Shown: piece by piece, positions 36,588-44,783 of the stretch
How positions within the stretch are numbered: the first letter of the stretch is position 1
Layout of the letters: each line of letters opens with the position of its first letter
Assembly: GCA_004555765.1 (NCBI GenBank)
Contig: SFHG01000001.1
Coordinates: 20,005-84,004 of the forward strand
Length of the DNA stretch: 64,000 bases
Source: Bacteroidales bacterium
GTDB lineage: Bacteria > Bacteroidota > Bacteroidia > Bacteroidales > Porphyromonadaceae
Direction of reading: 5' to 3'
Notes under the pieces: generated by a model
What the model was told of the DNA's origin: nothing
The model's database searches: none
The model's input: only the letters and a program-made list of their open reading frames with translations
Program-made: the position numbers and the translations under genes

Positions 36588-37781
36588 TCACTCCCGGATG
36601 CCGAGCGAAAGCATCGCGAGCCTGATCTCGTCGGGATCACCGGTGTGCTTGCCTTGGACATCGGAGAGCTTGACGCACTTCTGCCAGGGCTGACTCTTGG
36701 AGATACGGCAGGCGAAGAGCTTCATCACGATGTTGCGGGGGACGGTGTCGTTGCCCACGTCGTTGGAGAGGTTGGTGCCGACGCCGAAAGTGGCTTTGAT
36801 GCCTTTCTTTTCCGCATACTCATCGATCTCTATGGCACGCGGAATGTCGAGACCGTCCGAGAAGACGATGTACTTATTCTCGGGCTTGATCTTGAGCTCC
36901 CTGTAACGTGCGATGACTTTGTCCGTGAATGCAAAGGGATCTCCGGAGTCGTGGCGAACCGAGGTGAAGAGCGAAGCGTGCTTTTTGGAAAAATTGCGGA
37001 GGAAGACTTCCGTCGTATAGGTATCCGTGAGTACGGTGCCGAGGTCTCCGTCATAGACATCGATCCAGTCCTCCATAGACATATAGTTGGCCATTTTGTA
37101 GCCGTAGACCGCCGCGTGAAACTGCACCCACTCGTGCGGATGCGTGCCGGAAACCCGTATGCCGTGCTTTTTGGCGAGGTAGAGGTTACTCGTGCCGTAG
37201 AGGCTGTCACCGGCGTATTCTTTGAGGAGGCCGGTGATTTCGTCCTCCACGTCGAAGGAGAAGCGTCTCCGCATCCCGAACATACTGACCTGAAGGTTAT
37301 GCGCCTTCATCTCACGGGCTTTCTCTATCGCGTGGTTGCGCATAAAGTCGAGGTCAGGCTTCTGCCCCGTGGTCTCGTAGTAGAGTTCGGAGACGATGGC
37401 GAGGATGGGCGTCTCCCAAAAAGTCACTCTGTAGAGGAGCCCTTCGGCGGATATGGAGAGATGTCCCTCGGCATCCTGAGAAACTTCCACTTCGGAGGGA
37501 TTGAAGCGGTAGCCGCGCATAAAGTCAATGAATGGCGGCGGCAGATAGGGACACTCTTTTTCGAGGAAGGCGGCCTCATCCTCGGTGAGCCTGAGAAGAG
37601 CCATCTTATCGAACTCTTCACGCAGCTTTACCGCGAAGCCTTCGGGATAGCATACGTTGTCGCGATCCACAAACTCGAAGCGACCATACGCCCTCGGAAA
37701 GAGCTTGGAGTAAGCGTAGCTCGTCGTAAACTTGTAGAGGTCTGTATCCAGAAGGGAGCGGATAATGGGTTGACTGGTCAT
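36588..37781 (-). CDS. pncB: Nicotinate phosphoribosyltransferase
   Basis: MTSQPIIRSLLDTDLYKFTTSYAY.. matches the PncB N-terminal motif. Length is 397 aa. Confidence 0.9.
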   Translation of the reverse strand: MTSQPIIRSLLDTDLYKFTTSYAYSKLFPRAYGRFEFVDRDNVCYPEGFAVKLREEFDKMALLRLTEDEAAFLEKECPYLPPPFIDFMRGYRFNPSEVEVSQDAEGHLSISAEGLLYRVTFWETPILAIVSELYYETTGQKPDLDFMRNHAIEKAREMKAHNLQVSMFGMRRRFSFDVEDEITGLLKEYAGDSLYGTSNLYLAKKHGIRVSGTHPHEWVQFHAAVYGYKMANYMSMEDWIDVYDGDLGTVLTDTYTTEVFLRNFSKKHASLFTSVRHDSGDPFAFTDKVIARYRELKIKPENKYIVFSDGLDIPRAIEIDEYAEKKGIKATFGVGTNLSNDVGNDTVPRNIVMKLFACRISKSQPWQKCVKLSDVQGKHTGDPDEIRLAMLSLGIRE

Positions 37782-37805
37782 AATAATATCGGTATAAAAG
37801 TAATC

Positions 37806-39125
37806 TTAGCCCCGGCCGATGCCTTCGTACCGGAAGCCCGTTTCTCTAAGCTCGGACGGGACGTAAATGTTGCGCCCGTCCACCACGAGATTTCCCCGCA
37901 TCAAGGTCTTGACGCGTCCCCAGTCCGGCATACGGAACTCTTTCCACTCGGTCAGGAGGACAAGCGCGTCCGCACCCCGGAGCGCATCGTATGCGGTATC
38001 TGCGAAAGTGATGTCCCCATCGGGGAGTACTTTCCGCGCGGTCTCCACAGCCGCGGGGTCATAAGCCTGCACGCGGGCGCCGGATCGGAGGAGATCCTCC
38101 GTGACGACAAGCGAAGGCGCTTCCCGCATATCGTCCGTCTCGGGCTTGAAGCTGAGTCCCCACACCGCTATGACACGACCGCGGAGGTCACTGCCGAGGT
38201 GTTTTTTTACCTTGTCGGCGGGTAGGTGCTTCTGGGCATCATTGACCTCGTGTACCTTGTCGATCACTTTCATCTCAAGTCCGATCTCCCGTGCCGAGTG
38301 CGAAAGGGCTTGGACATCCTTGGGGAAACAGGAGCCGCCGTAGCCGGCACCGGGGTAGAGGAAAGAGGTGCCGATGCGCTTATCCGCGCCCATCCCCTGG
38401 CGGATCATTTCGACATCCGCGCCCAGAGCTTCGGCGAGGTTGGCAAGCTCATTCATAAAGCTTATTCTCGTGGCAAGCATCGCATTGGAGGCGTACTTGG
38501 TAAGCTCCGAGGAGGGTATGTCCATAAAGATAACCCTGAAGTGATTGATGAGGAAAGGTCGGTAGAGGCGCTGCATGAGTTCGCGTCCCATCTCACCCTC
38601 CACGCCCACGACGACGCGATCCGGACTCATAAAGTCTTTGACGGCGGCACCTTCCTTGAGAAACTCTGGGTTATTGGCCATCTCAAGCCGTACATCCACC
38701 CCGCGTGCCCTCAGACCCGAGAGGATGCGCTCTTTCACCTTATAAGTGGTACCGACGGGGACGGTACTCTTGGTGATGACCAGCAGAGGCTTCGTCATCA
38801 GCCGGCCTATCTCGTCCGACACCGCGAAGACGTAGCGGAGATCCGCCCTACCCTCATCTCCTGCGGGCGTACCCACGGCGATGAAGAGCATCTGCACGTC
38901 ACCGATGCACTCGGCGAGCGAGGTGTGGAAAGAGAGACGCCCCTCGTCCGCATTCTTTTTGACGAGCGGCTCAAGCCCGGGCTCATATAGGGGGATGATG
39001 CCGCGGCGGAGGTTGGAGATCTTTTCGGCATCGGTGTCGACGCAAAAGACCCTCAGACCCATCTCTGCAAAACAGGTCCCTGTGACAAGCCCCACATACC
39101 CGGTGCCTACGATGGCTATATTCAT
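37806..39125 (-). CDS. ugd: UDP-glucose 6-dehydrogenase
   Basis: MNIAIVGTGYVGLVTGTCFAEMG.. (Rossmann fold) and ..GGSCFPKD.. (catalytic Cys). Confidence 0.92.
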   Translation of the reverse strand: MNIAIVGTGYVGLVTGTCFAEMGLRVFCVDTDAEKISNLRRGIIPLYEPGLEPLVKKNADEGRLSFHTSLAECIGDVQMLFIAVGTPAGDEGRADLRYVFAVSDEIGRLMTKPLLVITKSTVPVGTTYKVKERILSGLRARGVDVRLEMANNPEFLKEGAAVKDFMSPDRVVVGVEGEMGRELMQRLYRPFLINHFRVIFMDIPSSELTKYASNAMLATRISFMNELANLAEALGADVEMIRQGMGADKRIGTSFLYPGAGYGGSCFPKDVQALSHSAREIGLEMKVIDKVHEVNDAQKHLPADKVKKHLGSDLRGRVIAVWGLSFKPETDDMREAPSLVVTEDLLRSGARVQAYDPAAVETARKVLPDGDITFADTAYDALRGADALVLLTEWKEFRMPDWGRVKTLMRGNLVVDGRNIYVPSELRETGFRYEGIGRG

Positions 39126-39208
39126 GAATGCAATTGTAATCTACTGTATGGGTTTGATCACAAACTTACCCAAAAGTTCCTTTTATGACCGGCTTAAAGC
39201 GGACTTCA

Positions 39209-39292
39209 AAAAGGTACAGACCGAAAAGATCGCCGAGGTACGGGCAAAATCGGGAAAAGGTACGGTACCAAAACTTCTCCCGGGTACGTACC
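39209..39292. repeat. Hairpin-family half-sites between the sulfatase gene and ugd
   Basis: aaaaggtacagaccgaaaag, gaggtacgggc, aaaggtacggtaccaaaac, cccgggtacgtacccc. Confidence 0.55.
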
Positions 39293-39331
39293 CCGTTTAG
39301 AGCGCACTTAGAGCGCCTTTCGACCCCAATT

Positions 39332-40867
39332 CTATTGCAAGTACCGACCATCCACTACCTTCTCCAGCAGGTCACGCAGGCGCAGGTACTCGGCGCTGTG
39401 GGTCTCTATCCGGTTTTCGGCCTCACGCTTGTCCGAAAGATCGAAGAGCTGAGGGTAAGGGCGGTACCCCGTCTCTATCTCCGGTCCCCACGTAATCATG
39501 GGACCGCCACCGCCGGGAGCGATGTACTTCCACTTCCGGTCTCTGATGGAGAGCGTATTAGAGGACTCGATGACGAAAGGAGCGCCCTCCCCGTCTTTGC
39601 CCAACAAAGCCTCGTGGAAGTCCCTGCTGTCCGGGGCACTCCCGCGGGGGAAACGGGCACCCAACAGGCTGCCCAGAGACCTCATCAAGTCGACCTGAGA
39701 GAGCAGTGCGCCGGAAGTACCCCGGGATCGGACAACGGCAGGCCAAGAGACAATGAAAGGCACGGCGGTACCTCCTTCGTAAGCGCTGTACTTGAAGCCC
39801 CGGAGCGGACCGGAGGGACGGTGACCGCCGAGCAACTCGCGCGCCCCGTCTTGGTAGCCGTCGTCGATGACGGGACCGTTGTCACTCGTGAGGATAATGA
39901 GGGTATTGTCGCGGATGCCCAGCTCCTCGAGCTTGGAGAGCACTTGGCCCACCGTCCAGTCGAACTGCAGGATGGCTTCGCCCCTCAGCCCCATAGGGCT
40001 TCTCCCCCGGAAGCGCTCGTGAGGGAAGCGGGGGACGTGTATGTCGTTCGTGGCGAGATAGAGGAAAAAAGGCTCCCCTGCATGCTTCTCGATGAAACGC
40101 GTGGCGTGGACGGCGATGGAGTCCGCTATGTTTTCGTCTTTCCACAGCGCTGTACCTCCGCCTCTCATATAGCCGATGCGCCCGATGCCGTTCACTATGG
40201 CCTGGTCGTGACCGTGGCTGCTTTTGAGGTTATATAGGAGTTCGGGGTTATCTTTCCCTGTCGGCTCTCCGGGGAAGGGCTTTCGGTAGTCCACTTCGAT
40301 GGGGGCGGACGGGTCGTAATTCGCCACGGAGCCGTTTTCGATGAAGACGGCAGGCACTCTGTCTGCCGTGGCCGCCATAATGTAGGAGTAATCGAACCCT
40401 ATGTCGCCGAGCGCCTGCGGAAGGGGTGCATTCCAGTCCTGCGCCCCCGTCACGCTTCCCAGACCGAGGTGCCACTTACCCACTGCCGCAGTGGCATAGC
40501 CGAGACTCTTGAAAAGGTCGGCGAGGGTGAAACAATCGGGCTCGATGATCATCGCGGCATCACCGGAGGCGACTTCCCGCCCTTTCTTACGCCACGCGTA
40601 CTCTCCGGTCAGAAGGGAAAAGCGGGAGGGCGTACTCGTGGCCGCCACTGCGTGTACGTCCGTGAAGCGTATGCCCGTGCGCGCCAATCCGTCCGTATGC
40701 GGGGTGGAGACCCTCTCCGCACCGTAACAGCTCAAGTCCCCGTACCCGAGGTCGTCGGCGACGAGGAGAATGACATTCGGGCGGTCTGCTTTTTGCGCAG
40801 ACAACGTAAGGGGCAGAAGCGCCGCAGAGAGGGTACCGAGCGTGAGCGGAAGATGCATGGCGAACAA
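39332..40867 (-). CDS. Sulfatase (arylsulfatase family), Ser-type active site
   Basis: Signal peptide, ..NVILLVADDLGYGD.., and the sulfatase signature AATSTPSRFSLLTG with Ser at the formylglycine position. Confidence 0.85.
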   Translation of the reverse strand: MFAMHLPLTLGTLSAALLPLTLSAQKADRPNVILLVADDLGYGDLSCYGAERVSTPHTDGLARTGIRFTDVHAVAATSTPSRFSLLTGEYAWRKKGREVASGDAAMIIEPDCFTLADLFKSLGYATAAVGKWHLGLGSVTGAQDWNAPLPQALGDIGFDYSYIMAATADRVPAVFIENGSVANYDPSAPIEVDYRKPFPGEPTGKDNPELLYNLKSSHGHDQAIVNGIGRIGYMRGGGTALWKDENIADSIAVHATRFIEKHAGEPFFLYLATNDIHVPRFPHERFRGRSPMGLRGEAILQFDWTVGQVLSKLEELGIRDNTLIILTSDNGPVIDDGYQDGARELLGGHRPSGPLRGFKYSAYEGGTAVPFIVSWPAVVRSRGTSGALLSQVDLMRSLGSLLGARFPRGSAPDSRDFHEALLGKDGEGAPFVIESSNTLSIRDRKWKYIAPGGGGPMITWGPEIETGYRPYPQLFDLSDKREAENRIETHSAEYLRLRDLLEKVVDGRYLQ

Positions 40868-40940
40868 TTTGTGACAATGGTGATTGATTGGTTTTACTCA
40901 GAAGTATCCTTTCTTGCCGGGGCTGAGAGAGACCGGGAAA

Positions 40941-41026
40941 AAGGTACAGGGCTAAAAGATTGTCCCGGTACGGGTGAGACGGGGAAAAGGTACAGACCGG
41001 GCGTCTGACTTCGGTCTGTATCTCGT
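40941..41026. repeat. Hairpin-family repeats between rfbB and the sulfatase gene
   Basis: aaaggtacagggc.., cccggtacgggtgagac, then tacagaccg-ggcgtctgactt-cggtctgta. Confidence 0.6.
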
Positions 41027-41047
41027 TCGGAAGGGGTACGGAGGGGG

Positions 41048-42115
41048 TTAGCGACCGGCGTACATCTTTTCGTAGTAGGCTTCGTAGGCTCCGGAAGTGA
41101 CGCTCCTCATCCACTCTTCGTTTTCGAGATACCAGCGGACGGTGTTCCGGATGCCCACCTCGAAAGGAATCTCCTGCCTCCAGCCGAGCTCCGTCTGTAT
41201 CTTTTCGGAATTGATGGCATAGCGTTTGTCGTGTCCCTTGCGGTCGGTGACAAACGTAATGAGCGGCAGGGAGTGTCCCTCCTCCCGTCCCAGTTCGCTG
41301 TCGGCGATGCGGATAAGGAGCTTGATGATCTCGATATTGGTGTGCTCGTTGTGCCCGCCGATGTTGTACGTCTCGCCGGGACGTCCCCGGTGAAGGATGA
41401 GGTCTATGGCGTGGCAGTGGTCGTCCACGTGGAGCCAGTCGCGGATGTTCTCTCCCGTGCCGTAGACGGGCAGTGCTTTGCCGTGGCGGATGTTATTGAC
41501 GACAAGAGGGATGAGCTTCTCAGGAAACTGGTAGGGACCGTAGTTGTTGGAGCAGTTGGATATGAGTATCGGCAGTCCGTAGGTGTCCCGGTAGGCGCGC
41601 ACGAAGTGGTCGCAGGAGGCTTTTGAAGCCGAGTAAGGCGAGTGCGGATCATAGAGGTCGCCCTCCTTGAACGGCGCATCCCCCGGTTCGAGCGACCCGT
41701 AGACTTCGTCCGTGGAGATGTGGTAAAAGCGCTTGTCCCCAAAGTCCGGACGACCCTCCCAGACCTCAAGCGCCGCTTGGAGGAGCGACAGAGTCCCCAT
41801 CACGTTGGTACGGGCAAAAGTAAAGGGATCGGTGATACTGCGGTCCACGTGGCTCTCCGCAGCAAGATTGATGATGCCGTCGATTCCGTAGTCTCCGATG
41901 ACCCGCTTCATCGTCTCGAAGTCCGTGGTATCCGCCTTGATGAAATGGTAGTGCGGATTGCCTTCGACATCACGGAGGTTGCCGAGATTCCCGGCATACG
42001 TGAGCGCATCGAGATTGAAGATTTCGCGCTCCCCGGAACCGTACTTCTTGAGCAAAAAATGGATGAGATTGGAGCCGATGAAACCTGCTCCGCCGGTAAC
42101 AAGTATATTCTTCAT
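41048..42115 (-). CDS. rfbB: dTDP-glucose 4,6-dehydratase
   Basis: MKNILVTGGAGFIGSN.. and ..YSASKASCDH.. (YxxxK). Length is 355 aa. Confidence 0.93.
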   Translation of the reverse strand: MKNILVTGGAGFIGSNLIHFLLKKYGSGEREIFNLDALTYAGNLGNLRDVEGNPHYHFIKADTTDFETMKRVIGDYGIDGIINLAAESHVDRSITDPFTFARTNVMGTLSLLQAALEVWEGRPDFGDKRFYHISTDEVYGSLEPGDAPFKEGDLYDPHSPYSASKASCDHFVRAYRDTYGLPILISNCSNNYGPYQFPEKLIPLVVNNIRHGKALPVYGTGENIRDWLHVDDHCHAIDLILHRGRPGETYNIGGHNEHTNIEIIKLLIRIADSELGREEGHSLPLITFVTDRKGHDKRYAINSEKIQTELGWRQEIPFEVGIRNTVRWYLENEEWMRSVTSGAYEAYYEKMYAGR

Positions 42116-42150
42116 AAACGCAAAAATCCGAAGTCGGAAGTCGGAAAAGA

Positions 42151-43032
42151 TTACAGGCGACCGTCCGCGACACGGAGGAGATACTCGCCGTATTCGTTCT
42201 TAATCATGGTGCGGGCGGCTTCGAGGAGCTTCTCTTTCGTAATCCAGCCCAAACGGTAGGCGATCTCCTCCAGACAGGCTATTTTAAGCCCTTGCCGGTT
42301 TTGGAGAACTTCGACGAAAGTTCCCGCCTCACTAAGGGAAGCAAAGGTGCCGGTGTCGAGCCAGGCAAACCCGCGTCCCATAAGGGTCACATCAAGGAGG
42401 TGGTCACGAAGGTAGGCCTCATTGAGGGAAGTGATTTCGAGCTCACCCCTCGCCGAAGGCTTTATCTCCCGCGCGCGCTTCACCACATCGGAGGGGTAAA
42501 AATAAAGCCCCACGACCGCGTAATTGCTCTTCGGCTCCCGGGGTTTCTCCACAATCTCCGTGGGATGTCCGTCACTGTCCAAGGTCACGACACCGTACCG
42601 CTCGGGATCTTTGACGGGATAGCCGAAGACGGTGGCCCGGCGGCGCTCCGTCACTTGCCGAACCGTCTCCCGGAGCATCCCGGTCATTCCCCTGCCATAG
42701 AAAATGTTGTCGCCGAGGATGAGGGCGGCATCATCCCCCCCAAGAAACTCTTCCCCGATGATGAACGCCTGCGCCAGACCGTCGGGAGAGGGCTGCTCGG
42801 CATACGATAGTGTGATGCCGAAGTCGGAGCCGTCACCGAGGAGCTTTCGGAATCTGGGCAGGTCGTCCGGCGTACTGATGACAAGTATCTCCCTTATCCC
42901 CGCCAACATCAGCGTGGAGAGGGGGTAGTAAATCATAGGTTTGTCGTAGATGGGGAGGAGCTGCTTGGAGACCCCCTTGGTGATCGGGTAAAGTCTCGTA
43001 CCGCTGCCTCCGGCGAGTATGATTCCTTTCAT
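42151..43032 (-). CDS. rfbA: Glucose-1-phosphate thymidylyltransferase
   Basis: [39 protein letters not shown]... Confidence 0.95.
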   Translation of the reverse strand: MKGIILAGGSGTRLYPITKGVSKQLLPIYDKPMIYYPLSTLMLAGIREILVISTPDDLPRFRKLLGDGSDFGITLSYAEQPSPDGLAQAFIIGEEFLGGDDAALILGDNIFYGRGMTGMLRETVRQVTERRRATVFGYPVKDPERYGVVTLDSDGHPTEIVEKPREPKSNYAVVGLYFYPSDVVKRAREIKPSARGELEITSLNEAYLRDHLLDVTLMGRGFAWLDTGTFASLSEAGTFVEVLQNRQGLKIACLEEIAYRLGWITKEKLLEAARTMIKNEYGEYLLRVADGRL

Positions 43033-43057
43033 AATCGGTGCTATGAGCCGGTATGCG

Positions 43058-43146
43058 ATTTCGGTCTGTACCGGGAGATTTTTTCGGTCTGTGTGAAAAT
43101 TTGTCGCCGCTCCGTATGCGGAGAAATTTTTGGTCCGTATCTCGCT
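43058..43146. repeat. Hairpin-family repeat units between the Kelch lipoprotein gene and rfbA
   Basis: atttcggtctgtaccggg, ttttcggtctgtgtgaaaattt, gagaaatttttggtccgtatctcg. Confidence 0.6.
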
Positions 43147-43167
43147 CGCGGGCGCACTGGGGGATTA

Positions 43168-44328
43168 TTATTTGGCGGTGTCAATCGCCCAAATATCCGG
43201 AGTGCGGATGCCGGGCTTGAGCTCACCCCCGATGAGGCAGAGCCTGCCCTTAGTCCCGGTCGCAAGGACTGCCCCTGCGGTGGCGATAGCGGGGTCACTG
43301 AGCAACTCTTCCCACGTCTCGGTCTCAAGATTAAAGCGCATCAGGAGGGGCGAGAAGCGGTACCAAGAGGGGGCGTGGGTGAGGTATTCGCGCCTAAGCT
43401 CCGCGTAACGGGGTTTTTCGGACTCGGGTGCTTTGCCCTGATGGTATTCGCGGAGGACGGCGGCATTGAAGATCTCCGCATTCACGCCACCCGCGGCATA
43501 GACTTCGCCCGAGAGGGGGGCTTTGGAGACTGCAGTACCGACGAAAGGCATCAAGCTGCCGTCCGCCAAACGGGGTTCCGGGAGCCCTTTCCACTCCCGT
43601 GTCTTAAGATCAAGGGCATAGGCTGTGTCGTGGATCTTAGACGGACGGGTGCCGTCTGAGGGATTATTTCCTCCGAAAAGGTAGAGTTTGCCACCCGAGA
43701 TAAAGACTCCGGGCTGGATCCTTCCTTCACCGCCAGGGAGGGTGGCGACACGCTCAAAGGCACCGGAGAGCAAGTCGAGCGAGACAACATCGGTGAGGGG
43801 TTTGCCTTTTTCTTCCCAACCGCCCGCCAGGTACAGGACGTGACCGTCGAGGGCAGCTCCTCCCTCTGCCCATCCGAAAGGCAACCCGTGCTCGATGCGC
43901 TCCATCACCGGTTCGCCATCCTCGATGCGGACTTCAAAAACGGCGGGGTAAAGCAGATGGTCATCAGTTCCGCCTATGAAGAAAAGCTTTTCACCGCTCT
44001 CATCCACTACGGATGCGCCATACCCTCTCGGTGAGGGCATCTGGGCGATACGGACGGCTTTGCCGTCACGAACCGCGTAAAATGAACTGTAGTATTGCTT
44101 CTTCCCGCCGTCGACGTTCGAGACACCGGGGAAGTTGCACCCGCCACCCATAATCAGCCGGTCTCCGAGGAGGCCGCCATAGGCGCCGGACGTGCCTTTT
44201 TCGTACCCTTCTTCAAAAGGTACGAACCCCTCAAGGGTGATTTTTCGGATCCGTGATTGGTCTTTATTTTCGTGCATACAGGATAGGGTCAAAAGTGAAA
44301 GAAGAAGGGTGAGGACAATCGGTCTCAT
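43168..44328 (-). CDS. Kelch-repeat lipoprotein, cyclically permuted mutarotase (NanM-like) family
   Basis: Lipobox LSLLTLSC. Repeated ..GG..L(Y/F)..GG.. Kelch blades (LIMGGGCNFP, LFFIGG, LYLAGG, LYLFGG, VYAAGG, LCLIGG). Confidence 0.7.
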   Translation of the reverse strand: MRPIVLTLLLSLLTLSCMHENKDQSRIRKITLEGFVPFEEGYEKGTSGAYGGLLGDRLIMGGGCNFPGVSNVDGGKKQYYSSFYAVRDGKAVRIAQMPSPRGYGASVVDESGEKLFFIGGTDDHLLYPAVFEVRIEDGEPVMERIEHGLPFGWAEGGAALDGHVLYLAGGWEEKGKPLTDVVSLDLLSGAFERVATLPGGEGRIQPGVFISGGKLYLFGGNNPSDGTRPSKIHDTAYALDLKTREWKGLPEPRLADGSLMPFVGTAVSKAPLSGEVYAAGGVNAEIFNAAVLREYHQGKAPESEKPRYAELRREYLTHAPSWYRFSPLLMRFNLETETWEELLSDPAIATAGAVLATGTKGRLCLIGGELKPGIRTPDIWAIDTAK

Positions 44329-44342
44329 GGTCGGGATACGGG

Positions 44343-44768
44343 CTATGACAGGTCACTCCCTATGAGGGACTCGTACTGCGGAATGGCATCAAGGTACTGC
44401 GTCCCGCCACCTTCGTGGCAGCGGAGTACGCTCATCGTCCGACCGTTGGTGACGACTATGACACGGGCGGAGAGAACGGAGTTGTATTCGAGCGCCTGGG
44501 CGACCGTCTTCGCGGAAACCGGCACTTCTGGAGCCTTGTACTCGAGGATCATCAGCGGCGTGCGGTCACGCGGCGCAAAGACGACCGTGTCGCACCTCCG
44601 GAGCGTCTTGCCCACCGTGATGGCGCACTCGTTCGAGATGAGCTCCGGAGGATAGCCGAGAGCGTGAGTGAGGTGAAAGACGACGGACTGACGCACCCTC
44701 TCCTCCGGGGTGAGCTTGACGCGCACCCTGCGGATCGGGTCGAAGACGGTCTCGAAGACTTCGGGCAT
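44343..44768 (-). CDS. Type I restriction enzyme HsdR N-terminal domain-like (PD-(D/E)xK fold) stand-alone protein
   Basis: 141 aa. ..EERVRQSVVFHL.., ..RCDTVVF.. and ..LMILEYKAP.. resemble the D..EXK core of HSDR_N_2 proteins common in Bacteroidetes. Assigned from memory. Confidence 0.55.
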   Translation of the reverse strand: MPEVFETVFDPIRRVRVKLTPEERVRQSVVFHLTHALGYPPELISNECAITVGKTLRRCDTVVFAPRDRTPLMILEYKAPEVPVSAKTVAQALEYNSVLSARVIVVTNGRTMSVLRCHEGGGTQYLDAIPQYESLIGSDLS

Positions 44769-44783
44769 ACGGTCTCTACGCGC

